Shown one piece after another: positions 10,869 to 20,000 of a DNA stretch of 64,000 bases. The notes under the pieces are model-generated. The model searched no databases. It had not been told where the DNA came from and worked only from the letters and a program-made list of their open reading frames with translations. Positions within the stretch are counted from its first letter, which is position 1, and each line of letters starts with the position of its first letter. The stretch lies in NCBI GenBank assembly GCA_964589855.1, contig CAZPVB010000001.1, positions 25,622 to 89,621 of the forward strand. Direction: 5' to 3'. A program made the position numbers and the translations under genes. This DNA comes from an uncultured Bacteroidales bacterium (GTDB lineage: Bacteria; Bacteroidota; Bacteroidia; Bacteroidales; UBA7960).

Positions 10869-12338
10869 TTAAAGAACTTCACCTGCGGCTGATGTTGATT
10901 CTTCTTTTTCATAATCAGGATTAGGAACCGGCATGGCAGCATTTACCTCATCTCTCCACTTGTGTAACTTGTTTTGCAAACTATCGCGAAGAGCAGGCAT
11001 GATTTTACTAAGGTCATCTGACTCGGCAGGATCCTTTTGGATATGGTACAATTCGGTTGAAAAGTCCTCAAAAAACTCGATGAGTTTGTAATCTCCTGAA
11101 CGGATAGCACCCGAAGGAGTACTTAACTGATAACTATAGTGCGGATAATGAAAATGCATTGCATTTCTCTCAGGTACAATGTTTTGGGTAAGATAATCAT
11201 AAAAACTGATGCCTTCGCCTGAATCCCAGTTGTTTCCGGTCATGGCGCCGAAGGTAGGCACGAAGTCCATGCTGATAAACGGTACATCAGAAGTTCGTGC
11301 TTCAATTTGATCTTTCCAGTAAATGATCAGGGGCACCCTGATACCTCCTTCATACAAATGTCCCTTTCCTTCCCTGAAAATACCGTTGTCTGTGATGGGA
11401 TCAAGACCAAGGTCTCTGTTTACACCTCCGTTGTCGGAATAAAAAACGACAATGGTATTTTCAAGCAGGTCTTCATATTGCAAAAATTCCATAATTTTTC
11501 CAATATTGTTATCAAGGGTTTCGATCATTCCGGCATAAACAGGATCTATTGACGCATTGAAATCTGCGGATTGTGCCTTTACCGTATATTTTTCCAATAG
11601 TTCTGGTTTGGTTTCCAGCCAAATGTGTGGTGTAAAATAGGAAAGAAACATAAAGAAGGGATCATCCTTTTTTTCCTGTATCCATTCAAGTGCCTCATCG
11701 GTGAGTCTGTCGGTAAGGAATTCACCCTCAACCCCTCCGGTACTTAGATCTGGCAATATAAAATCTTCTTTAATGTAGGGATAGAAGTAACTCGGGGGCA
11801 GGCCTGAATGACTGCCGGCAACGTTAATATCGAAACCATGATCGGTAGGTAATGAGGTTGTATCGCCTAAGTGCCATTTGCCAAAGCTAGCGGTATGATA
11901 ACCAATTTCCTTTAACATGGAAGCTATTGTCTTTTCATCTGAGGGCAATTCATGATTGAATTCAGGAGCCAGCAGTTTCTCAGACGACCATGATGGTTTA
12001 CCCGGTATCCAGTCGGTAAGATGTAATTCAGCAGGATTTTTTCCTGTAAGAATACTGGCGCGTGTGGGTGAGCATACCGGACTTGCGGCATAGGCCTGCG
12101 TGAACCTTACTCCATAATTTGCCAGTGAATCCAGGTGGGGAGTCTCATGAAAATCATTTCCGTAAACACCCAGATCATGAATCCCCAGGTCATCGGTTAG
12201 GATAAACAATATATTTGGCATTATCTGTTCCTCTGATTCATTCTGAGGAGAAATACCACAACTGGTTGCAAAAAGTATGGGAACCGAAATAAAAAGTTGC
12301 TTTTTATGTAAGAGATTGTAATTTTTGTAATGCTTCAT
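10869..12338 (-). CDS. Formylglycine-dependent sulfatase (S1 family), lipoprotein
   Basis: 489 aa with a lipoprotein signal (LFATSC). It carries the N-terminal PNILFILTDDLG segment and the sulfatase signature CSPTRASILTG (C-x-P-x-R). GKWHLG and SDNG motifs are also present. Confidence 0.9.
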   Translation of the reverse strand: MKHYKNYNLLHKKQLFISVPILFATSCGISPQNESEEQIMPNILFILTDDLGIHDLGVYGNDFHETPHLDSLANYGVRFTQAYAASPVCSPTRASILTGKNPAELHLTDWIPGKPSWSSEKLLAPEFNHELPSDEKTIASMLKEIGYHTASFGKWHLGDTTSLPTDHGFDINVAGSHSGLPPSYFYPYIKEDFILPDLSTGGVEGEFLTDRLTDEALEWIQEKKDDPFFMFLSYFTPHIWLETKPELLEKYTVKAQSADFNASIDPVYAGMIETLDNNIGKIMEFLQYEDLLENTIVVFYSDNGGVNRDLGLDPITDNGIFREGKGHLYEGGIRVPLIIYWKDQIEARTSDVPFISMDFVPTFGAMTGNNWDSGEGISFYDYLTQNIVPERNAMHFHYPHYSYQLSTPSGAIRSGDYKLIEFFEDFSTELYHIQKDPAESDDLSKIMPALRDSLQNKLHKWRDEVNAAMPVPNPDYEKEESTSAAGEVL

Positions 12339-12419
12339 TTCTTCATTTGTATGAATGGTTTTTCAGGAAAAGATTTGCTGATACGAAATGCGAAAATAGG
12401 ATGAGATTCATTTTTGGCA

Positions 12420-12461
12420 TGTTCTAAGCGTCCGAAAGAATGTTCTGCCAATCCGTAAATT
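12420..12461. promoter_or_regulatory. Tandem 21-nt units TGTTCT-N4-(G/A)TCCG(A/T)AA in the sulfatase/HTCS divergent promoter region
   Basis: The units are TGTTCTAAGCGTCCGAAAGAA followed by TGTTCTGCCAATCCGTAAATT. The first unit matches 8288-8301. They lie 82-123 nt upstream of the sulfatase ATG (12338) and upstream of the candidate HTCS promoter. Confidence 0.4.
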
Positions 12462-12487
12462 TTATTTAACACAGGTATCTTTCCGAA

Positions 12488-12520
12488 TTTGATCCTTACG
12501 TTAAATAATGATTAAATTTG
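12488..12520 (+). promoter_or_regulatory. Candidate Bacteroidetes-type promoter for the PUL A hybrid regulator
   Basis: A TTTG (12488-12491) is followed after 21 nt by TAAATTTG (12513-12520). The latter is a perfect match to the -7 consensus TAnnTTTG. It sits about 110 nt upstream of the ATG at 12630. Confidence 0.35.
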
Positions 12521-12629
12521 CGCGTTAAGTTATCAGATAATTATATCAAATTAGTTCAAATCTGATTGCAGCAATTGTTACTCCGGACGGTGAAAATCTT
12601 GTCCTTTTAGTTGTTTAAGAATCTGTTTT

Positions 12630-15600
12630 ATGTGTTATCAAAATTTCATATCGTCCTGTCTGATCATTTTCTATCAGATAAGATTTTCCGGTTTTCTTCT
12701 TTTCATTCTTCTTATTGCCACATCATCCCTTTATTCTCAGAATTCCGAAAGCCATTACTTTTATATTTCCGGAGTTTCAAGAGAACAGGGGTTGTCTCAC
12801 AATCAGGTAAAAACCATTTTTAAAGACTCAAGAGGTTTCCTGTGGTTTGGAACCTATGATGGGCTCAACAGATACGATGGTTACAAATGTGTAAGATACC
12901 TTTACAATAAAGAAGAAGACGGGTCTTTCCAGAACAAAATCATTCACAGAATTTATGAAGATACCGCTGGTTATCTTTGGATTGGAGCCAGCGGAAACGA
13001 TGTATTCAGATACGATAATAAAAATGAAACTTTTTCTTCTTTTCCTTTACCTGTTTCCGGTTTGTCATCTGAGTCATCCTCTCATCATGTTTATGATATA
13101 AGTGAAGACCCCGAAGGGACGCTATGGTTTGCCACAACAAAAGGTTTGTATCAGTTCTCACCTGCATCAGAAAAAATCATACCCTATTCTGCAGTGGGAT
13201 TGCCCCAACACGTTGATGTGGAAACGCTGTACTTCGAATCATCCGGACGGATGTGGGTTGGGACGAAAGGACACGGACTATTTGTAGTTGAAGACCATGA
13301 GGCTCAAAGCATCCTGGAGGGGGTTATAACACCTTATATCAACGGAATAATACAGAAAAGTGATAAACTTTGGATTGCAACAGCCGGTGGAGGACTATTT
13401 GAATATCATCATGATACAGGTAATTACAAACAATTTCGTGTAAACAACCTGCCCGAAAGGGCACTTCCTAATCTCATCAATGAAATAATACCCAAAAATG
13501 ATGGGTTTTACCTGGCCACATATGGTGGCATTTTTATTTTTGACATTTCTAATGAACGGTTTTATGAACTCAAATCTCATTTGAACTTTCCACGATATCC
13601 TCAAAACCTGGGATTCAATGCACTTTATTTAGACAATCAAAACGTGCTTTGGGCTGCCAGTCAATCCATGGGTGTTTACAAGTACTATCTTTATCATGAT
13701 GACTTTCGCCATATTGTACCCTTTCCAAATCAAAAAGAACATCCGGGAAACGTGATTCACAGTGTATATGAAACAAAGGAAAATAATCTTTTACTGGGAA
13801 GTGAAGAAGGCCTTATTTTATTTAACAAAAGAGAAAATTCATTTCAACAGTTTATTCCTCATTCAATAAACAACACCGAATTTATGATTACCAGCATTTC
13901 TCCTTTTGCTGAAGATTCTTTGCTAATAGGTACCTGGGGGCATGGACTATGGGTTTTTCATTTAAACAAAAAAAAGTTTTCAAAACCTGAGGCATTTGTT
14001 GGTCAGAATAATTATTCACAAATTTTTGATCTGTTTGCTGACGATGAAAAAAATGTGTGGATAGGGTTACATGAAGAAGGATTACTCCGGCTCGACCCTA
14101 AACTCAATATTTCTGCTCACTACACTCCTGATGGCGGGAAAAATGTGATATCAGGAATATCAGTAAGAAGGATTATGCAGGATAGATCAGGAAATATCTG
14201 GATAGGACATTTAACCAATGGAATTAATATCCTCGATAAAAAAACCAACAAGATCAGGAATATTGTAAATGACTACAGCGGAAAAAGTCAAATATCCAAT
14301 AACGACATTTTGAATTTTTTTGAAGACTCCGGGGGAAACATATGGATTGGCACAAATGGCGGAGGGGTTAATTTGTATTTGCGTGATAAAGATGAGTTTA
14401 TTCATCTTAACCAGAAAGATGGGCTGATCAACGATGTTGTTTTTTCAATAACAGAAGACGATCAGGGATATATATGGATGCAAACAAACAGAAGTATAAC
14501 ACGACTAGATTATTACAGTCAATCATCACTGCCCATTCCACAGACACGAAATTTTGATATTGAAGATGGTCTTCCTCATACCGAATTTATATTTTCAACC
14601 AGCATGAAGTCTGAAGATGGAAAGTTATTATTTCCATCCAGTAACGGAATTATCAGTTTCTACCCTGATAGTGTGATAAAAACCGATATTGCCCCAAAAA
14701 TAGTCATCACCGGAATTGAAATCAACAACAAGCCCTTTTCTGAGTATAATGATGATAAAATAAATTTTTCTCCAAACACAAAAAATCAGGCATTAATTGA
14801 ATCCATAACATTAAATCATTATTTAAACAGGCTAAGTTTCGAATTTTCTGCACTCGATTTTTTCAAACCGTTAAATAATCAATTCCTTGTGAAACTAGAG
14901 GGTTTTGATGATGATTGGGTATCTGTTGGATCAAACCCAACTGTATCCTATATAAATCTACCACCCGGTAATTACTCTTTGCGTATAAAAGCGGGCAATA
15001 GCCATAATATATGGAATGAATCCGGAATAACCCTGGATATCCGAATAAAAAATCCATGGTGGCAAACCTGGTGGGCGTATCTTTTTTATGCAATTTTGCT
15101 GATAGGGATACTGGTTCTGCTCAGATATTTAGCAATCAGAAAAGAGCGAATAAAATCAAAAAACAGGTTTGAACTTTTAAAACTGGAAAAAGAAATAGAA
15201 TTAGATAAGTTTAAGCTTGATTTTTTCACGAAAATCACACACGAGATTCGCACACCTATTACGCTAATCACTACCCCACTGGAAAAACTGATGCAAAAAC
15301 AAAGGCAAAATGATAAAGATGAAGAAAAATATTTTCAAATCCTGAAATCAAATTCAGAAAAACTATATCAACTAACCAATGAGATTTTGGATTTACATAA
15401 GATTGATGAGGGAAAGTTTACCATTCGTAAAGCAACTGAAGATTTGATCCCTTTTTTAAAAGGTATTACGAACCGGTTCTCTTCTTTTGCTGAATCTAAA
15501 AACATTACATTAAGTTTTTCATGCAACTATGAATCTGTTTACTGGGAATTTGATACCTCAGCAATCGAACGGATTGTAAGCAACCTGCTGTCTAATGCCA

Positions 15601-16784
15601 TTAAATTCACTCACCCCCATGGCAAGGTTCAACTTTCGTGTACCCTCCAAAAAGAAAAGGACAAACCCGATGTTATTGAGATTGAGGTTTCTGACACAGG
15701 AAAAGGCATTGCTCCGAAAGAATTACAAGATATATTCAAACCATTTTACCAATCTGATAACGCAACAAGTCATGATATTTCGGGTACTGGTCTGGGGTTG
15801 GCATTGGTAAAAGAACTCTCCGATCTTCACCAGGGGCAAATCAAGGCAACCAGCAAAGTGGGGGTAGGATCATCTTTTAAATTATATTTCACCAACCATC
15901 TTGCACAACTGGAAAATACGCATGCACCATCGCTGGCACCTGAGTTGGAAGCCACCGCTGATGTGGAAATCCCTATTGAAAATGATCGTACAAATGACGG
16001 AAATGGTGTATGTAAAAAAAGGGAAAGCATTCTTATCGTTGAGGACAACAAAGACCTCAATGAATTTATGCTGACCATGCTGGAGAATCACTATCAGGTA
16101 ACCTCCTGCTATACAGGAAAACAGGGATATGAAAAAGCATTGGAGATCATACCTGACCTTATCATCAGTGATGTAATGATGCCGGATATGAACGGAGTTG
16201 AGATGTGTAGAAATTTAAAAAAAGAACCTTTAACATGCCATGTGCCTGTTATCTTATTAACTGCATTATCAAAAGAAAAAAACCAACTATCAGGATTTGA
16301 AGCAGGAGCGGATGACTATATTTCAAAACCTTTCAATACCACCATCTTGCTGATGAAGGTGAAGAATATACTGACCCTGAAAGGTAATATCAGAATGCAG
16401 TTTGCAAAAACCTTTCTTTTAGATACAACGGAAGATAACCGGGAGAATATTGACCCCCTGGTTGAGAAAACGGTTGCATTTATAGAAAAAAACATAGATA
16501 ATCCCGAGTTAAATATCCAGCAATTGCAACGTGAGATAGGGATTGGAAGAAGCCAGCTTTTCCTGAAAATTAAAAACATTACGGGTCTTACTGTCTCTGA
16601 ACTAATACAAGGTGTAAGGTTAAAAAAAGCCTATACTTTTCTGAGTTCCGGTCTTTACAATGTAAGCGAAGTAGCTGACATGGTGGGGTTTAAAAACATT
16701 TCACATTTCTCGCGATGCTTCAAATCCAAATTTGGATATCTACCATCGAATGTGAAGAACATTAAAATGGCAAACGATCGGTAA
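12630..16784 (+). CDS. Hybrid two-component system regulator (HTCS): periplasmic beta-propeller/Y_Y_Y sensor, HisKA-HATPase, receiver, AraC-type HTH
   Basis: 1384 aa. Repeated propeller blades are present (FLWFGTYDGLNRYDG, LWIGASGNDVFRYD, IWIGTNGGGVNLY), followed by a TM segment (WWAYLFYAILLIGILVLLRYL). The H-box is FFTKITHEIRTPITLI and the G-box is GTGLGLALVKEL. The receiver carries ILIVEDNKD...DVMMPDMNG, and the C-terminal AraC HTH carries FSRCFKSKFGYLPS. Confidence 0.92.
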   Translation: MCYQNFISSCLIIFYQIRFSGFLLFILLIATSSLYSQNSESHYFYISGVSREQGLSHNQVKTIFKDSRGFLWFGTYDGLNRYDGYKCVRYLYNKEEDGSFQNKIIHRIYEDTAGYLWIGASGNDVFRYDNKNETFSSFPLPVSGLSSESSSHHVYDISEDPEGTLWFATTKGLYQFSPASEKIIPYSAVGLPQHVDVETLYFESSGRMWVGTKGHGLFVVEDHEAQSILEGVITPYINGIIQKSDKLWIATAGGGLFEYHHDTGNYKQFRVNNLPERALPNLINEIIPKNDGFYLATYGGIFIFDISNERFYELKSHLNFPRYPQNLGFNALYLDNQNVLWAASQSMGVYKYYLYHDDFRHIVPFPNQKEHPGNVIHSVYETKENNLLLGSEEGLILFNKRENSFQQFIPHSINNTEFMITSISPFAEDSLLIGTWGHGLWVFHLNKKKFSKPEAFVGQNNYSQIFDLFADDEKNVWIGLHEEGLLRLDPKLNISAHYTPDGGKNVISGISVRRIMQDRSGNIWIGHLTNGINILDKKTNKIRNIVNDYSGKSQISNNDILNFFEDSGGNIWIGTNGGGVNLYLRDKDEFIHLNQKDGLINDVVFSITEDDQGYIWMQTNRSITRLDYYSQSSLPIPQTRNFDIEDGLPHTEFIFSTSMKSEDGKLLFPSSNGIISFYPDSVIKTDIAPKIVITGIEINNKPFSEYNDDKINFSPNTKNQALIESITLNHYLNRLSFEFSALDFFKPLNNQFLVKLEGFDDDWVSVGSNPTVSYINLPPGNYSLRIKAGNSHNIWNESGITLDIRIKNPWWQTWWAYLFYAILLIGILVLLRYLAIRKERIKSKNRFELLKLEKEIELDKFKLDFFTKITHEIRTPITLITTPLEKLMQKQRQNDKDEEKYFQILKSNSEKLYQLTNEILDLHKIDEGKFTIRKATEDLIPFLKGITNRFSSFAESKNITLSFSCNYESVYWEFDTSAIERIVSNLLSNAIKFTHPHGKVQLSCTLQKEKDKPDVIEIEVSDTGKGIAPKELQDIFKPFYQSDNATSHDISGTGLGLALVKELSDLHQGQIKATSKVGVGSSFKLYFTNHLAQLENTHAPSLAPELEATADVEIPIENDRTNDGNGVCKKRESILIVEDNKDLNEFMLTMLENHYQVTSCYTGKQGYEKALEIIPDLIISDVMMPDMNGVEMCRNLKKEPLTCHVPVILLTALSKEKNQLSGFEAGADDYISKPFNTTILLMKVKNILTLKGNIRMQFAKTFLLDTTEDNRENIDPLVEKTVAFIEKNIDNPELNIQQLQREIGIGRSQLFLKIKNITGLTVSELIQGVRLKKAYTFLSSGLYNVSEVADMVGFKNISHFSRCFKSKFGYLPSNVKNIKMANDR

Positions 16785-17060
16785 TGAGGGTGTAAGATTA
16801 GAGATACCAACCAACAGCAGAATATACCTTTATAAAAGGTTCATACAAAAATAATCGTTGCTGACAGGGTGAAAAAGTGTTAGAAAAGGTTCACCTCCCA
16901 AAAAAACATACCCACTGTGCTCATAACTGCTTACTAGTTTTCAAGATGTAGTTTGTAACTGACCGGATGAATTTATACTGTATTTTTCGAGTGGCTCTTG
17001 AATTTGGTTTACTCCATGCGCATAAGACAAAAAGGAACAGAACACTGCTCCTTATAACCA

Positions 17061-20000
17061 TTACACCTTAGCATTTTTCCGTGGAGTATGTTTCTTTATA
17101 AAATCTTTGGGTAAAAAACCGAATGTATCTCTGAAACATCTGCTAAAATAAGAGGCATCTTTAAATCCTATTCGATAGGCAATCTCATTTATGTTATAAT
17201 CAGAATTTAGCAACAGATTGGCGGCGATCTTTAATTTTATATTTTTGATGAGTTCATTGACAGTCAATCCTGTCAGATTTTTGATTTTCTTGTAAAAGTT
17301 AGTTCTGCTCATACCCGACTCTTTCGCCAGTTCATCCACCCCAAATTCAGGTTCAGAAATATTCTCTTTTATCTTTTCAGTTACTTTTTCCAGAAAATAT
17401 TTATCTGTTTTATTGGTGCACTCAAACCCTTTGAGTGAGTAATTTGCCTGGTATTGTTCGTGAAGTTTTTTACGCGCACTGAGGGTGTTTTTCAGGTAAA
17501 GATTCAAAATATTGATGTTGAAAGGTTTGGTAATATATGAATCTGCCCCCGAGTTTAAACCTTCCATAATGCTTACCTCGGTGTTTCTGGCTGTAAGCAT
17601 TATGATTGGAATATGCGATGTTTCGGGTGCAGATTTGATATGCTCACACATTTCAATTCCATCCATTTCGGGCATAATTACATCACTTACAATGATATCG
17701 GGAAGCATTTCCTTTGCTTTTTGCAACCCATCTTTTCCGTGCAATGCAAAAATAAAATTATATTGTGAAGATAAATGAGATTTAATGAAAACCTTTATGT
17801 CCGGATTGTCTTCTACTACCAGCACGGTGGGTAATCCTGAGGTGATTTCAAACTGTTCTTTTTCATCATGATCTTCAGGGATTCCGGAAGTATCTTTTGG
17901 GGTGATGAGTTTGTTCTCTATTCTATCTTCCTGGTATTCTGTTTTATGTACCATAGGAAAACTAATGGTAAATATAGTGGTAAACCGCTGACCGGAATTA
18001 TTTTTCTCATTACTTCTCACTCTGATTTCACCATTCATGATTTCCACCAATGATTTGCATAGTGAGAGCCCGACACCAGTCCCCTTAAATTTTTTGTAGT
18101 ATTGATCATGTGCCTGATAAAAAGGGTCAAATATTCTGTCAATGTGCTTATTGTCAATCCCGATACCATCATCGCAAACCTCAATCCGGATCATCTGATC
18201 ATTTTCATCAAGATGAAGCAAAAGTGAGATGGTACCTTTTTCAGGGGTAAATTTAAATGCATTAGATAATAGGTTATTGAGAATTTTCTGAAGTTTGTCA
18301 GTATCAAAGCAAGTCAGGTAATTATTGTGTGATGATTCGAAATTATATTTTATATCTTTATTCACGGCCAGATACTTAAAATCATCATAGATGAGTTTAA
18401 TAAAGCAAACAACATCACCCGAGGAGGGATGAAAAGGCAAAGTATCATTTTCTAATTTCCGAAAATCCATCAACTGGTCTATCAGATGAAATAGTCTGTT
18501 GGTATTTCGGGAGATTAAATCCAACAGAAGTTGCTGCTTTTGATTATACGACCATTGATTTAAGAGTTCCTGCAAAGGGCCAAGAATAAGTGTTAAAGGG
18601 GTTCGTATTTCATGAGATATGTTTGTGAAGAAATGTAGTTTCATATCATTTAATTCCTTCACCTTTTCTGTTTCAATCCGTTTCAACTCCATCTCATTTC
18701 TTTTCCTTTCCTTTATTAGTAAATACCTTCTGAAAAGTAAAACAACACTTGTAATCAATAAAAAGTAAAGAGATACAGCCCAGTTTGACAGATACCAGGG
18801 AGGGAGAATCGTAATATTTATGCTGGCGCCTTCCATATTCCATACACCGTCATTATTGGCAGCCTGCACATGAAATGTATAATTTCCCGGAGACAGATTT
18901 GTATAGTTGGCTTTGCGTTCAACACCGGCGTAGTTCCAGGAATCTTCAAAACCTTCTAAAATATAGCGGTAAATATTCTTTTCGCTGTTTTTAAAATTTA
19001 CAGCAGTAAAATACAAGGAGACAGTGTTCTGTTTGTATTCCAGAGAAATATTATCTGTTGCAGATATCGACTTATTTTGGATAATATCTTTATGACTTTC
19101 TAAATCCTGATGGTTTACCTGAATATTTGTTATGTATACAGGTGGGATTTGTTCATTTCTGTTTATCTTCCAGGGGTAAAAAATGTTAAATCCATTATTT
19201 CCTCCAAAAAATAATCTGCCATCTGAGGTGGTTAGAGCTGCACCCACATTAAAAATGTTGCCCTGCAGCCCATCATGCTTGTCGAGGGTTTTGATGACAA
19301 AATCTTTATTCTCACTTGTATTTATTTGAATGATGCCATTGCTGGTACTCACCCATAAAGATCCATCATCGTAAATTGTCATCCCCGCAATATCGTTGGA
19401 TGGTAATCCGTCATTGATGGTGAACCGGATGCTCTCAGATGTATGCGGATCAAATTTTATTAAACCTCTTCTGTGGGTACCAACCCAGATATATCCATTT
19501 TCATCTTGTTCCAGAGCAGTGATTGTAGTTATGTATTCATCGTAGGCACCTTCAATGATATAAAATTTTTCAAAATAAAATTGATGGTTTATTATGGAGT
19601 CGAGTTTATATAAGTAACCATTTGATCCCATCCATATATTTCCGTTATTATCTTCCAGAAATTCCCGGATATCACGTAATGAATGATTGGAATTACCAGG
19701 ATTTTTGATCCTGAGAAATTTCCCTTTTCCCATATAAAGGCATGGAACATCATATTTAACCCCTGTCCATATCCTTCCGTAAGAGTCCTGAAATATGGTT
19801 GAGATATTATTCCCGGATAGCGTTAATGAATCTTTTAAACTCATTTTATGGCTGGTCAGCAATTGACCTTTTCCATTGATAATATTTATTCCTTCATTGT
19901 AAGTTCCTGCCCATATACGATCATTATCAATCTTCTGCAAGGTCATGATAATGTCAGTTTGTATGGTTTTATTATTGTACCTGTCTGATCTTAAATGATT

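Noticed and set aside
16834-16893. 10-mer AAAAGGTTCA repeated 50 nt apart in the spacer between the convergent HTCS genes
   Set aside because: It is a single short repeat in a 276-nt spacer, and I estimate its chance expectation at a few percent. It lies between two 3' ends where no regulatory role is obvious.
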